DNA from: an uncultured Actinomycetes bacterium
Lineage (GTDB): Bacteria; Actinomycetota; Acidimicrobiia; IMCC26256; JAOSJL01
DNA: 64,000 nucleotides
Direction: 5' to 3'
Assembly: GCA_963704035.1 (NCBI GenBank)
Contig: CAVPGR010000004.1
Span: 1,157,174 to 1,221,173, forward strand
Shown one piece after another: positions 13,420 to 22,773 of this stretch. Under the pieces are notes generated by a model. It searched no databases. It was given only the letters and a program-made list of their open reading frames with translations, and was not told the DNA's origin. A program made the translations under genes and the position numbers. Position 1 is the first letter of the stretch. Every line of letters begins with the position of its first letter.

Positions 13420-13962
13420 TCACTCCGGAGCGAGTAGTTTCGCCTCTTCGAGGTAGCTGATGATCTGTGCGGCGGAACCTGCGGCGTCACGGTCGTGGGT
13501 GAGGACCCGCACCTCGGGGGAGAGGGGTTCCTCGTAGGGATCGGACACGCCGGTGAACTCCGGGAGCTCTCCGTCGCGGGCCTTGGCGTAGAGACCCTTC
13601 ACGTCGCGTTCCTCGCACACCTCGAGCGGGGTGTCCACATAGATCTCGACGAAGTGCTCGATGGTCTCCCGAATCTCGTCGCGGATCGCGCGGTAGGGGG
13701 AAATGGCCGCGGTCACCGAGATGACACCGTTGCGCGCGAGCATCGCGGCCACGTAGCCGATTCGACGGATGTTGGTGTCGCGGTCCTCTTTGGAGAACCC
13801 GAGACCCTTGGACAGGTTCTCGCGGACCTCGTCGCCGTCGAGGATCTCCACGAGACGACCGCGCTCGCGTAGTTCCTCGACGACCTCGTTGGCGATCGTG
13901 CTCTTGCCGGCTCCGGACAGGCCGGTGAACCAGAGGCAGAAACCTGGGGATTCGGGGGGCAC
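13420..13962 (-). CDS. cysC: Adenylyl-sulfate (APS) kinase
   Basis: Motifs: WFTGLSGAGKSTIA, LDGDEVR, FSKEDRDTNIRRIGYVA. 180 aa. Confidence 0.88.
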   Translation of the reverse strand: MPPESPGFCLWFTGLSGAGKSTIANEVVEELRERGRLVEILDGDEVRENLSKGLGFSKEDRDTNIRRIGYVAAMLARNGVISVTAAISPYRAIRDEIRETIEHFVEIYVDTPLEVCEERDVKGLYAKARDGELPEFTGVSDPYEEPLSPEVRVLTHDRDAAGSAAQIISYLEEAKLLAPE

Positions 13963-14070
13963 GTGTCACTCCTGAGGAGGGCGCATGTGGAAGCTGCGCA
14001 CCCTGGAGCAGCGACGATACCCGGGAGCCCGACGCACGGACAGTACGGGCTCACATGGGATACTGGACCG

Positions 14071-15564
14071 GTGGAAACTGGTGTGGGCGAGTCCTGCGGC
14101 GTCTTCGGTGTCTACGCTCCCGGCCAACCCGTGGCGGGCCAGGCGTACTACGGCATCTATGCACTCCAGCACCGGGGCCAGGAGTCGGCGGGCATCGCGG
14201 CCAGCGACGGCGAGACGATCACGGTCGTCAAGGACATGGGCCTCGTCACCCAGGTGTTCGACGAGCAGCGTCTCGCCGCTCTCGAAGGACACCTCGCCAT
14301 CGGACACGTGCGCTACTCCACGACCGGTACGAGCGACTGGCGCAACGCGCAGCCCGTCTACCGTTCCGTGGGCAACGCCGGGTTTGCGCTCGCCCACAAC
14401 GGCAACCTGACCAACACCGAGGAGCTCGCCGGGGGGCTCGGCCAACTTCCGGGAATGATGCCCAGCGCCTCGGTTGCCGATTCCACCAGCGACTCCGACC
14501 TCATCGCGGCGATGATGGGCCGCGAGCGGGGAAACCACGACCGAGCCGATGGTCGTGACCTCGAGGAGTCCCTCCTCGCGACGCTGCCGGAGCTCGAGGG
14601 CGCCTTTTCGCTCGTCGTGATGGATGACGCCCACCTCGTGGGTGTGCGCGACCGCCACGGATTCCGACCGTTGGTGGTCGGTCGACTGGAAGGCGGGTGG
14701 GTTCTCGCCAGCGAATCCGCCGCGCTCGACATCGTGGGCGCCCACTTCGTACGCGATGTGCAGCCCGGCGAGATGGTGGTGATCGACGCCTCGGGCCTAC
14801 GGGAGTTCCAGTGGGCGAAGCCCGAACCGACACTGTGTCTCTTCGAATTCGTGTACTTCTCCCGACCCGACACCGACCTCTACGGGCAGGGCGTGCACGC
14901 CGCGCGCCAACGCATGGGCGAGTCGCTCGCCGAACAGGCACCGGCTCGTGCCGACATGGTCATGCCCGTGCCCGAATCGGGAATCCCTGCCGCCCAGGGC
15001 TTCGCCCGCGCCAGCGGAATCCCCTACGGCGACGGCCTCGTGAAGAACCGCTATGTCGGGCGAACCTTCATCGCGCCCAACCAGGAGATGCGCGGTATGG
15101 GCGTGCGCCTCAAGTTGAATCCCCTCGTGGAGAACATCAAAGGGAAGTCGGTCGTCGTGGTCGACGATTCCGTGGTGCGGGGCACCACCACCCGCCAGAT
15201 CGTCAAGATGCTGCGGGAATCCGGCGCCAAGGAAGTGCACCTGCGGATCTCGTCACCGCCGTACCGGTGGCCGTGCTTCTACGGGATGGACACCGGGCGT
15301 CGCTCGGAGCTCCTGGCCGCCGACATGTCGGTCGGTGAGATCGGCGACTACATCGGTGCCGACTCGCTCGCGTATCTCGAACTCGACCGCCTGGTCGCGG
15401 CGACCGGTGCATCACCGGGCTCGTTCTGCACCGCGTGTCTCTCGGGTGAGTATCCGGTCCCGATCCCCGAGTCGCTCTCGAAGGATGTTCTCGAGATGAC
15501 CACCGACGACCTTTCGGAGCAGTTGCTCGACGAACCATCCGACGACGAGGGCGCCCACGCGTGA
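14071..15564 (+). CDS. purF: Amidophosphoribosyltransferase
   Basis: Contains the ESCGVFGVYA Ntn-Cys motif, YALQHRGQESAGIA and the PRPP-binding VVVVDDSVVRGTT. The ORF opens at 13963, but the Ntn Cys implies a short propeptide, so I chose GTG 14071. Confidence 0.9.
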   Translation: METGVGESCGVFGVYAPGQPVAGQAYYGIYALQHRGQESAGIAASDGETITVVKDMGLVTQVFDEQRLAALEGHLAIGHVRYSTTGTSDWRNAQPVYRSVGNAGFALAHNGNLTNTEELAGGLGQLPGMMPSASVADSTSDSDLIAAMMGRERGNHDRADGRDLEESLLATLPELEGAFSLVVMDDAHLVGVRDRHGFRPLVVGRLEGGWVLASESAALDIVGAHFVRDVQPGEMVVIDASGLREFQWAKPEPTLCLFEFVYFSRPDTDLYGQGVHAARQRMGESLAEQAPARADMVMPVPESGIPAAQGFARASGIPYGDGLVKNRYVGRTFIAPNQEMRGMGVRLKLNPLVENIKGKSVVVVDDSVVRGTTTRQIVKMLRESGAKEVHLRISSPPYRWPCFYGMDTGRRSELLAADMSVGEIGDYIGADSLAYLELDRLVAATGASPGSFCTACLSGEYPVPIPESLSKDVLEMTTDDLSEQLLDEPSDDEGAHA

Positions 15565-16616
15565 GCAGTCACGAACGGGAGGGGCGTCCGCTCACCTACG
15601 AAGACTCCGGCGTCGACATCGCAGCGGGCGAGCATGCGGTCGAACGCATCAAGGAACACGTCCGCAGCACCTTCCGGCCCGAGGTCGTCGGTGACATCGG
15701 CGGTTTCGGTGGCCTGTTCGCGTTCGATCCGACCCGGTACCGGGAGCCGCTGCTCGTGTCGTCCACCGACGGCGTCGGTACGAAGTCGATCGTGGCGCGA
15801 ATGGTCGGGAACTTCGAGAGCATCGGCATCGACCTCGTGGCCATGTCGGTCGACGACATCGCCGTGCAGGGCGCCGAGCCGCTCTTCTTCCTCGACTACA
15901 TCTCGCTCGGCAAGCTCGATCCCGACCTCGTCGACGACCTCGTGGCAGGCGTTGCCGAGGGCTGCCGCCAGGCGGGGGCAGCGTTGCTCGGAGGCGAGAT
16001 GTCGGAGCATCCGGGGATCATGCAGCCCGGCGAGTTCGACCTGGTCGGAATGGCGGTCGGGGTGGTCGAGCGCGCGCAGGTACTGCCGTCGGGCGTGGTG
16101 CCGGGCGACCGGGTCGTCGGTCTCGGCAGCGGGGGTCTGCGGTGCAACGGGTACTCACTCGCACGCGCGGCACTCCTCGACGTGGCCGACCGGAGCCTCG
16201 ACGGTCCCGCATGGGACGGCGCTCACCACCCGCTCGGCGAGGAACTGCTGCGGCCGAGCGTGATCTACGCGCCCGCCATGGCCGATCTGCGCCGCCAGGT
16301 CGACGTGCACGCGTTCGCGCACGTGACCGGTGGCGGAATTCCCGGCAATCTGGCGCGCGTGCTTCCCGGCCGGTGCGACGCGGTGGTCGACCGCGGACGC
16401 TGGGAGGAACGCCGGATCTTCGGTGAGATCCGCGAAGCAGGTGACGTTCCCGAGGACGAGATGGAGAAAGTGTTCAACCTCGGTCTCGGCATGCTGGCGG
16501 TCGTGGCCCCGGGTGACGCGTTGCGGGCCGTCGACGTGGCGCGCACCGCAGGTCATGACGCCTGGCTCGTCGGGGAGATCACCGAAGGCTCGGGCCGCGT
16601 CCACATCTCGCGGTAG
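15561..16616 (+). CDS. purM: AIR synthetase
   Basis: GTG overlaps the purF stop (GTGA). Motifs: YEDSGVDIAAG, SSTDGVGTK, DLVAMSVDDIAVQGAEPLFFLDY. Confidence 0.92.
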   Translation: MSSHEREGRPLTYEDSGVDIAAGEHAVERIKEHVRSTFRPEVVGDIGGFGGLFAFDPTRYREPLLVSSTDGVGTKSIVARMVGNFESIGIDLVAMSVDDIAVQGAEPLFFLDYISLGKLDPDLVDDLVAGVAEGCRQAGAALLGGEMSEHPGIMQPGEFDLVGMAVGVVERAQVLPSGVVPGDRVVGLGSGGLRCNGYSLARAALLDVADRSLDGPAWDGAHHPLGEELLRPSVIYAPAMADLRRQVDVHAFAHVTGGGIPGNLARVLPGRCDAVVDRGRWEERRIFGEIREAGDVPEDEMEKVFNLGLGMLAVVAPGDALRAVDVARTAGHDAWLVGEITEGSGRVHISR

Positions 16617-16663
16617 GCGGGTCCCGTTGGGCGCGGTCGCTCGCGCCGAGCGCTCGAGTCCGT

Positions 16664-17005
16664 TCAGAGGAGCCAGCGGGCTCCGACCCAGGTTCGTTCC
16701 TCACACGCAGGGCAGCGCATGAGCCGGGAGTGGCGCTTGCCGGGGATCCAGAGCCAGAACGGCAGATGCCGGCGGGCGAACTCGGTATAGAGAACCCGCG
16801 TGCGCGCCCCGCACGAGGAACACTCGAGAACGACCGTCCCGGCTTGGCGTTGGGCCGTGGAGTAGAGGGCCTCCTTGCCGGGCGCTCGGGGAGTCGGCCC
16901 ATCCGGTCCCGGCGCTTCCTCGGGCATCGGGCGTGAGTAGAGCGCCCGCCTACCACCCGCCCTGGGGTTGCCCAGGGCCTCGCTCTTCGCGACTTCGTCG
17001 GTCAC
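16664..17005 (-). CDS. Small zinc-ribbon protein (CxxC...CxxC), function unknown
   Basis: 113 aa. Contains LECSSCGARTRV ... RCPACEERTW. Start overlaps the ParA-like stop (GTGA), which suggests translational coupling. Confidence 0.55.
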   Translation of the reverse strand: MTDEVAKSEALGNPRAGGRRALYSRPMPEEAPGPDGPTPRAPGKEALYSTAQRQAGTVVLECSSCGARTRVLYTEFARRHLPFWLWIPGKRHSRLMRCPACEERTWVGARWLL

Positions 17006-17778
17006 GGCTGAGCGGGATCGTCGTCACGCGTCGCACGGAGCTGCGCGGCGAGCTCGCGGTACGCGGCGGCTCCGGGAACCTTGGGTGCGTGGTCGAGCAC
17101 CGTCAACCCGCGGGCAGGCGCTTCGGCGAACCGGATCGATTTCGGAATAGGTGGCTCGAGGACGGGAAGGCCGTAACGCTCGCCGACGTCTTCGAGGACC
17201 TCGCGGGCGTGTCGAGTTCGGCCGTCGAACATGGTGGGGATGACGCCGCGCACGGTCAGGCGGGGGTTGGTGAAGGAACGTACGTCCTCGATCGTCTCGA
17301 GAAGCTGGCCGACACCGCGGTGGCTGAGCGTCTCGCACTGAAGGGGTATCAGAACTTCACGCGCGGCGGTGAGTCCGTTGATCGTCAGAATCCCGAGCGA
17401 GGGCGGGCAATCGATGATGACGACGTCGTACTCGTCCACCACCGGTTGCAGGGCGCGGGCGAGCGCGTGTTCGCGACCCGTCTTGGTGAGGAGATGGACC
17501 TCCGAGCCGGCGAGGTCGATGGCGGCCGGCAACAGGTCCACCTTGTCCGTGGTGGTGATCGCCTCGGCGGCTGAGACGCTGCCGGTGAGCACGTCGTGGA
17601 GTGTGACGCGTAGAGCCTCGGGGTCGAGGCCGAGAGCCCAGGTGAGGCAGGCCTGAGCGTCGAGGTCGACGAGCAGCACCCGGTCGCCGAGCTCCGCGAG
17701 CGCCACGCCGAGAGTGTGGGTCGTGGTGGTCTTGGCCACCCCGCCCTTCTGGTTCGCCACTGCCAGGATCTGTGCCAC
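17002..17778 (-). CDS. ParA/Soj-family P-loop ATPase (orphan: no parB or parS recognised nearby)
   Basis: Deviant Walker A NQKGGVAKTTTT, then VLLVDLDAQ and IIDCPPSLG. 258 aa. Confidence 0.85.
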   Translation of the reverse strand: MAQILAVANQKGGVAKTTTTHTLGVALAELGDRVLLVDLDAQACLTWALGLDPEALRVTLHDVLTGSVSAAEAITTTDKVDLLPAAIDLAGSEVHLLTKTGREHALARALQPVVDEYDVVIIDCPPSLGILTINGLTAAREVLIPLQCETLSHRGVGQLLETIEDVRSFTNPRLTVRGVIPTMFDGRTRHAREVLEDVGERYGLPVLEPPIPKSIRFAEAPARGLTVLDHAPKVPGAAAYRELAAQLRATRDDDPAQP

Positions 17779-17984
17779 GGCGCCCGAGTGTACGGCCGCT
17801 CCCCTCCGCTCGGTCGCTCGGGGGGCCGCTTCCTACAACGGTTCGCTCAGCGTCACCGTGTCTCTACGGACGGTGACAGGCAGGGAGTGCGCGTGTGGCC
17901 TTCGTCACACGGAAATCGCGCACAGCCTGCCGTCCTTCAATACAGGGTGTATGGGATACGACGGGTAACTAGTCCGGTTGGGCG

Positions 17985-17993
17985 TGTTAGAAT
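17985..17993 (+). promoter_or_regulatory. Candidate extended -10 promoter element (TGtTAGAAT) for the bldC-like gene
   Basis: TG-T-TAGAAT lies in an AT-richer 355-nt intergenic region, about 140 nt upstream of ATG 18135. There is no convincing -35 element. Confidence 0.3.
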
Positions 17994-18134
17994 GACACCA
18001 TCAAGCTATAGCCACGCGGAATACGCAACCGATATCCTAGGTTGTGAAAGGGACACTCCGGGTGTACCGGGGGATATCGAAGATCCCCTGCGCCCGACCC
18101 GACCACTGACCACAAGCGATGAAGGCGGAGAGAG

Positions 18135-18359
18135 ATGACCAAGGGAACCGGAGATCCGATGCAGACCCCGATCGAGCACGACGAGCTGCTCACACCTTCG
18201 GAGGTCGCGGCCATGTTCCGCGTCAACCCGAAGACCGTGACCCGCTGGGCCCGTGCCGGCAAGATCTCGGCGATCCGCACGCTCGGCGGTCACCGTCGTT
18301 TCCGTGCCTCCGAGATCAGGCGCTTCCTCGACCAGGTCGACGAGGACGTCGAAGCCTGA
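18135..18359 (+). CDS. bldC: BldC-like MerR/excisionase-type small DNA-binding regulator
   Basis: LLTPSEVAAMFRVNPKTVTRWARAGKISAIRTLGGHRRFRASEIRRFL is near-identical in pattern to Streptomyces BldC as I recall it. 74 aa. Alternative start at 18159. Confidence 0.8.
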   Translation: MTKGTGDPMQTPIEHDELLTPSEVAAMFRVNPKTVTRWARAGKISAIRTLGGHRRFRASEIRRFLDQVDEDVEA

Positions 18360-18450
18360 ACTCCTGACAGGGATCCGACCGGGGTTCCCACCGGACAAAC
18401 CACCAGACAAGCGAAACGCCGGGCCCTGACGGGTCCGGCGTCGTCGCGAG

Positions 18451-18523
18451 TGGCCGGGGACGGCGTCGATCCGTCGACCCCACGCTTTTCAGGCGTGTGC
18501 TCTGCCAACTGAGCTACCCGGCC
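18451..18523 (-). tRNA. tRNA-Phe (GAA)
   Basis: Manual cloverleaf: GGCCGGG acceptor stem, anticodon loop CTGAAAA, no encoded CCA. The T-loop reads ATCGACG, with A at position 54 (unusual). Confidence 0.88.
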
Positions 18524-18574
18524 GGGTTGTGTCCGGGTCGCCCCGGATGCCGTCGCCCGTATCCGGGCTCCGAG

Positions 18575-18649
18575 CGGTCCTGACGGGATTTGAACCCGCG
18601 ACCTCCGCCTTGACAGGGCGGCGTGCACTCCAAACTGCACCACAGGACC
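18575..18649 (-). tRNA. tRNA-Asp (GTC)
   Basis: Manual cloverleaf: GGTCCTG acceptor stem, anticodon loop CTGTCAA, T-loop TTCAAAT. Confidence 0.92.
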
Positions 18650-18680
18650 GTGAACACCGGAGCTCGCTCCGGTCGATCAG

Positions 18681-18753
18681 TGCCCCCAGGGGAATTCGAA
18701 TCCCCGTTACCGCCTTGAAAGGGCGGCGTCCTGGGCCACTGGACGATGGGGGC
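18681..18753 (-). tRNA. tRNA-Glu (TTC)
   Basis: Manual cloverleaf: GCCCCCA acceptor stem, anticodon loop CTTTCAA, 4-nt variable loop, T-loop TTCGAAT. Confidence 0.92.
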
Positions 18754-18860
18754 TCGTCTCCCGCCAGGGAGAGAAGCATCGTAGCAGCGCGGATTCTTCC
18801 TCCTCGCAGGGATCGTGGCCCTGTCGGCCACGTCGGTCGCCACTGCGTAGCCTCGTCGTA

Positions 18861-18934
18861 GGGCCGCTAGCTCAACTGGACAGAGCAACGGGCTTTTAAC
18901 CCGCAGGTTCGGGGTTCGAGTCCCCGGCGGCCCA
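18861..18934 (+). tRNA. tRNA-Lys (TTT)
   Basis: Manual cloverleaf: GGGCCGC acceptor stem, anticodon loop CTTTTAA, T-loop TTCGAGT. Confidence 0.92.
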
Positions 18935-18941
18935 CTCGCGA

Positions 18942-19553
18942 TCATCGGTCGCGCAGGCCCTTTCCTTTCGAGATCCTCGGGGCACACTTCTCGACCCGCG
19001 CGTCGCGCGTCTTGGCCTTCTTGGCATCTGAGAAGTAGAGGTTGTATTCCCGGCGCCGCCCGGGGGTCAGTGCCTCGAACGCAGCTTTGAACGCCGGGTC
19101 CTGGTCGAGGCGATTCTGCAGCTCCTCGACCGGGACGAGCTCAGGTGCCGGGCCCACCTCCACGCCCGCCCGCTCGAGATCGATGGCCTCGGCAACGTAG
19201 GTCCTCACGGCTTCTGTCAGCCGGGCCACGTCGTCAACGGAGGTGAACCGAATGCGGCGAGCCGATCGTGAGTTCGGTCCTTGCGCCTCCAGAACGCCTT
19301 CAGAATCGCCCAACAAGGCACCCTTGAAGAACATGAGGGCGAGAAACTCCTTCATCTCCTGGAGGATGGCGATGTTCCTGCCCTCATCGCTGTAGCACGG
19401 CTTGCCCCACTTGATCTCCTCCGTCAGCCCGCAGTCCAACAGGACCGACCGGAGGTCGGTCATCTCCTCCGGCCACATCTTCGACTCGTTGATGTAGCGA
19501 TCGACTCGAGGGTTCGCCATCACTCGGATCAGCGTACCGAGGCCTGCCGGCAC
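18942..19553 (-). CDS. YdeI/DUF1801-like protein
   Basis: Contains WPEEMTDLRSVLL, EEIKWGKPCY and a C-terminal REYNLYFSDAKKAKTR motif typical of the YdeI/OmpD-associated family. The likely start is MANPRV at 19520. Confidence 0.65.
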   Translation of the reverse strand: MPAGLGTLIRVMANPRVDRYINESKMWPEEMTDLRSVLLDCGLTEEIKWGKPCYSDEGRNIAILQEMKEFLALMFFKGALLGDSEGVLEAQGPNSRSARRIRFTSVDDVARLTEAVRTYVAEAIDLERAGVEVGPAPELVPVEELQNRLDQDPAFKAAFEALTPGRRREYNLYFSDAKKAKTRDARVEKCAPRISKGKGLRDR

Positions 19554-19629
19554 CGGCGCCGGCGGATCGGCCCGGCCGCTCCCCAGCCGGTGCCGATGGG
19601 GTCTTTCAGGTGCCCGCTAAGGTCCATCG

Positions 19630-20376
19630 GTGTCGACGTCGTCGCTTCGCGAACTCGAGACGCGCCTAACGGTGCCGCCGCGCCCCGGGCAGTTCTCGCA
19701 GTCGGATGTGGCCGACCTCCCGGCGTCCGCTCGCTCGATGTTGACAGCCGCGATCGCGCCCGGAACGCCGCGCGCGGCTGCGGTACGCCTTCGGATACGA
19801 GGCGCCATCAAGCTCAACCGGTGGTTGCCGTTCCGTTCGACGGAGATCATCGCCCCCGGGGCCGGGTTCGTGTGGCGCGCCCGTGTCGCAGGTGTCATCA
19901 ACGGCTACGACCGTTTCGTCGACGGTCAGGGTGAGATGCGATGGAAGCTCCTCGGGCTTCTCACCGTGGCGAGCGGGTCGGGCCCCGATGTGAGTCGCAG
20001 CGCGGCGGGTCGCGAAGCCGGCGAGGCGATGTGGGTCCCGACGGCACTCCTCCCCGGCTCGGGTGTCGAATGGCTGCCCGGAGCCGACCGACTCGCGATC
20101 GCGAGGATTCCGAGCGCAACGGGACCGGTCGACGTCGAGTACGGGCTCGACGAGAACGGGCTCGTGGAGTCGGTCGTGCTCGACCGCTGGGGCGATCCCG
20201 AGAACACCGGATCGTTCGGTCTTCACCGATTCGGAGGCACGATGAGTGAGCACCGGACCTTCGGAGGAATCACCATCCCGACGATGGGCAGCGTCGGTTG
20301 GCACTTCGGAGAAGAGAGCTCGGCCGACGGCGAGTTCTTCCGTTTCCGCATCACCTCCGCGCACCTCGTCCTGTGA
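19630..20376 (+). CDS. Conserved hypothetical protein
   Basis: 248-aa ORF with a GTG start and good coding look. Stop overlaps the next gene's start (GTGA at 20373). Confidence 0.55.
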   Translation: MSTSSLRELETRLTVPPRPGQFSQSDVADLPASARSMLTAAIAPGTPRAAAVRLRIRGAIKLNRWLPFRSTEIIAPGAGFVWRARVAGVINGYDRFVDGQGEMRWKLLGLLTVASGSGPDVSRSAAGREAGEAMWVPTALLPGSGVEWLPGADRLAIARIPSATGPVDVEYGLDENGLVESVVLDRWGDPENTGSFGLHRFGGTMSEHRTFGGITIPTMGSVGWHFGEESSADGEFFRFRITSAHLVL

Positions 20377-20951
20377 GGGGCGATGCGGCGGTCGATCTCT
20401 ACTGGATCCCCCTGGGTGCGGGTACGAGCGTGGTGCAGATCAGCGGCAAAATCTTCGAGGCGGTGTCGGCCTTCGTTCAACGGCGTCGTCGCTTCCACCT
20501 CTACCATTCGGCTCTCGTGATCTCGGTGCCGGAAGGGCGCTTCGTGATCGAACAGGCGCCGGTTCCCGACCTCGACGGGGAGCGGCGAGGCGTCGTGGCA
20601 CAGGGTCCCGTCGGAATGCGATGGCTCGGAGGTTTTCGCGTCTTCCGCTACGAGGTACGACGGTGGCGGGACGGCGTGATTCCCGACATCGACCACACGA
20701 TCGCGAGCCCGGTGACGCTGACGGACGACGTCGAGGTGGCCAGGCGGGTTCTCGAACAGTTGCCGCTGATACCGACACCCGTCTGGGGCCGCGACGAGCT
20801 CGGTACGGGCGAGATGTGGAACTCGAACTCCGTTGTTTCCTGGGTGTTGGCGCGCAGCGAGACCGACATCGCGGCGGTCCGACCGCCGACCAACGGTCGA
20901 GCACCCGGATGGGACGCGGGACGTGCGATCGCCGCGCGAGGGCTCAGCTAG
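20373..20951 (+). CDS. Conserved actinobacterial hypothetical protein
   Basis: Starts VRGDAAVDLYWIPLGAG. Contains FRYEVRRWRDGVIPD and GEMWNSNSVVSWVL. Translationally coupled to the upstream gene. The ORF opens at 20298. Confidence 0.55.
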   Translation: MRGDAAVDLYWIPLGAGTSVVQISGKIFEAVSAFVQRRRRFHLYHSALVISVPEGRFVIEQAPVPDLDGERRGVVAQGPVGMRWLGGFRVFRYEVRRWRDGVIPDIDHTIASPVTLTDDVEVARRVLEQLPLIPTPVWGRDELGTGEMWNSNSVVSWVLARSETDIAAVRPPTNGRAPGWDAGRAIAARGLS

Positions 20952-21099
20952 TCCTCTCGGCCACGTAAGAGAGCCGCGGCGCGCGGGAGCCGGAACCCGG
21001 ATTCCCGCTCCGTTCTCTCCGAGTTGTCTGGCGACCTCAGCGACTACTCGTGGTCGAAGGGAACACTCCGTTTCGACGTCGACTCACCGTTGTCAGCTG

Positions 21100-21716
21100 T
21101 CAGCTGTCGGCTGGTCGGTAGGTGCACATCAGCACGCCGGTGTCAGTCGTCGCGGTGTCGACCAGCTTGAGACGCTGGTTCTCGCCGTCGGCGGGGAAGA
21201 TCCGCTTGCCGCCTCCGACGAGGATCGGCTCGATCATGAGCCGGTACTCGTCGACAGGCCACGGGACGCCAGGGATGCCACGAGGCTGGCGCTTCCCATG
21301 ACCTGGAGGTCGCCGCCGTCCCGTTCGCGGAGCGCGGCGATCGCGTCGAGGGGGGAATCGGCAGGGAGCAGCACCGAGTTGGCCCAGTGAAGGTCGTCGG
21401 TGTGCAGCGTCGTCGACGCCACGTACTTGGTGATGGCGTTCATGCGGCCGGCGAAGGGATCGCCGGCTCGCTCCGGCCACGCGGCTGCCATCGTCTGCCA
21501 CGTTCGTCGACCGAACAGCAGCGCCTCTGTCGATGCCATCGTCGCGTCCAGGAACGGGCCCATGGTCTCGGGCTCGAAGAACGGCATCGACCAGCCGCCG
21601 TGGGCGAACCCGCGGTCGGTGTCCTCGTCAGGGCCCCCGGGCGCCTGCACGACACCGTCGAGCGTCATGAACTCACTGACGACGATCTTCGCCGCTGTTC
21701 CAATCTCGATCCGCAT
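21100..21716 (-). pseudogene. RibD_C/dihydrofolate-reductase-like protein with the frame broken near 21255 as sequenced
   Basis: MRIEIGTAAKIVVSEFMTLDGVVQAPGG...LQVMGSASLVASLASRGL lies in one frame, and VDEYRLMIEPILVGGGKRIFP...TYRPADS in another. Adding one nt in CTG(G)TC restores ...GLVDEYRL. The upstream 200 aa of ORF 21234..22322 is a spurious extension. Confidence 0.7.
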
Positions 21717-21760
21717 CAAGGAACCACTACAGCATCGCGCGACGGATTCCCGACAGTCTC

Positions 21761-22579
21761 CTAGGCCTCGCTGTCGGGGTAGTGGTTGGTGACGTAGGTC
21801 GATTCCGACATGGGCGGGCGGATGTACGACTGGTCTTCGGGCTCGGGGAGGACCAGATCGGGTTCGGAGACGTCCTTGTAGGGGATCGAGTCGAGGAGGT
21901 GCCGGATGCAGTTGAGGCGCGCGTGGCGCTTGTCGTCGGCGTCGACCGCCCACCACGGCGAGGTCTTGGTGTCGGTGTACTCGAACATCTTGTCCTTGGC
22001 GATGCTGTAGTCGACCCAACGTCGCCGAGACTCGAGGTCCATGGCGCTCAGCTTCCAGCGCTTCTCGGGGCGTGCGATCCGATCGGCGAAACGGTGCTCC
22101 TGCTCCTCGTCGCTGACCGAGAACCAGAACTTGATCAGGATGATCCCCGAACGGATGATCATCCGCTCGAAGTCGGGGCAGGATCGCAGGAACTCGTCGT
22201 ACTCGGCGTCTGTGCAGAATCCCATGACGTGTTCGACCCCGGCGCGGTTGTACCAACTGCGGTCGAAGAGCACGATCTCTCCGGCAGCGGGGAGGTGGGC
22301 GATGTAGCGCTGGAAATACCACTGGGTCTGCTCGCGGTCGGTGGGCTTCGGGAGCGCGACGACCCGCACGACGCGGGGGTTCGTGCGCTCGACGATGCGC
22401 TTGATGGCTCCGCCCTTTCCGGCGGCGTCACGGCCCTCGAAGATCACGCACACCTTCAGGCCCTCGGCCTGGACCCAGTCCTGGAGCTTCACCAGTTCGC
22501 GTTGGAGACGCTCCAGCTCCTTCTCGTAGATCGGCTTGGGCAGTCGCAGCATGCCGCTGGTGGTGCGCTTCTTGGTCAC
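21761..22579 (-). CDS. ppk2: Polyphosphate kinase 2
   Basis: Motifs: VIFEGRDAAGKGG (P-loop), FDRSWYNR, and a PPK2-type C-terminal SPWWAVDADDKR. Confidence 0.88.
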   Translation of the reverse strand: MTKKRTTSGMLRLPKPIYEKELERLQRELVKLQDWVQAEGLKVCVIFEGRDAAGKGGAIKRIVERTNPRVVRVVALPKPTDREQTQWYFQRYIAHLPAAGEIVLFDRSWYNRAGVEHVMGFCTDAEYDEFLRSCPDFERMIIRSGIILIKFWFSVSDEEQEHRFADRIARPEKRWKLSAMDLESRRRWVDYSIAKDKMFEYTDTKTSPWWAVDADDKRHARLNCIRHLLDSIPYKDVSEPDLVLPEPEDQSYIRPPMSESTYVTNHYPDSEA

Positions 22580-22773
22580 TACTGCGGTCTCCCGTGTTGG
22601 AGCCGGTCCGCCTCCACCAGCTCGAGTTCGGCGGCGGATTTCGACGCGGTGGCTTCGCCGCCTGTCATCATCTCGTCGAATCTAGTTCCAGACCCCATCG
22701 TGGTTCGACGTGGCAACGCACGTAGCCTTGGCCGCGATCCGCGAACGATTCGCGTGCGAGTCCAGGAGAAGCC

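Noticed and set aside
21717-22322. The upstream 200 aa of ORF 21234..22322.
   Set aside because: This part is antisense to ppk2 and Arg/Pro-rich. The DHFR-like homology starts at MRIEIG (21716).
18934-22600. tRNA-Lys considered as the attachment site of an integrated element covering the YdeI-like, hypothetical, DHFR-like and ppk2 genes.
   Set aside because: There is no integrase, and scanning by eye found no direct repeat of the tRNA 3' end. Composition looks like the core genome. I could not search exhaustively, so this is only a weak rejection.
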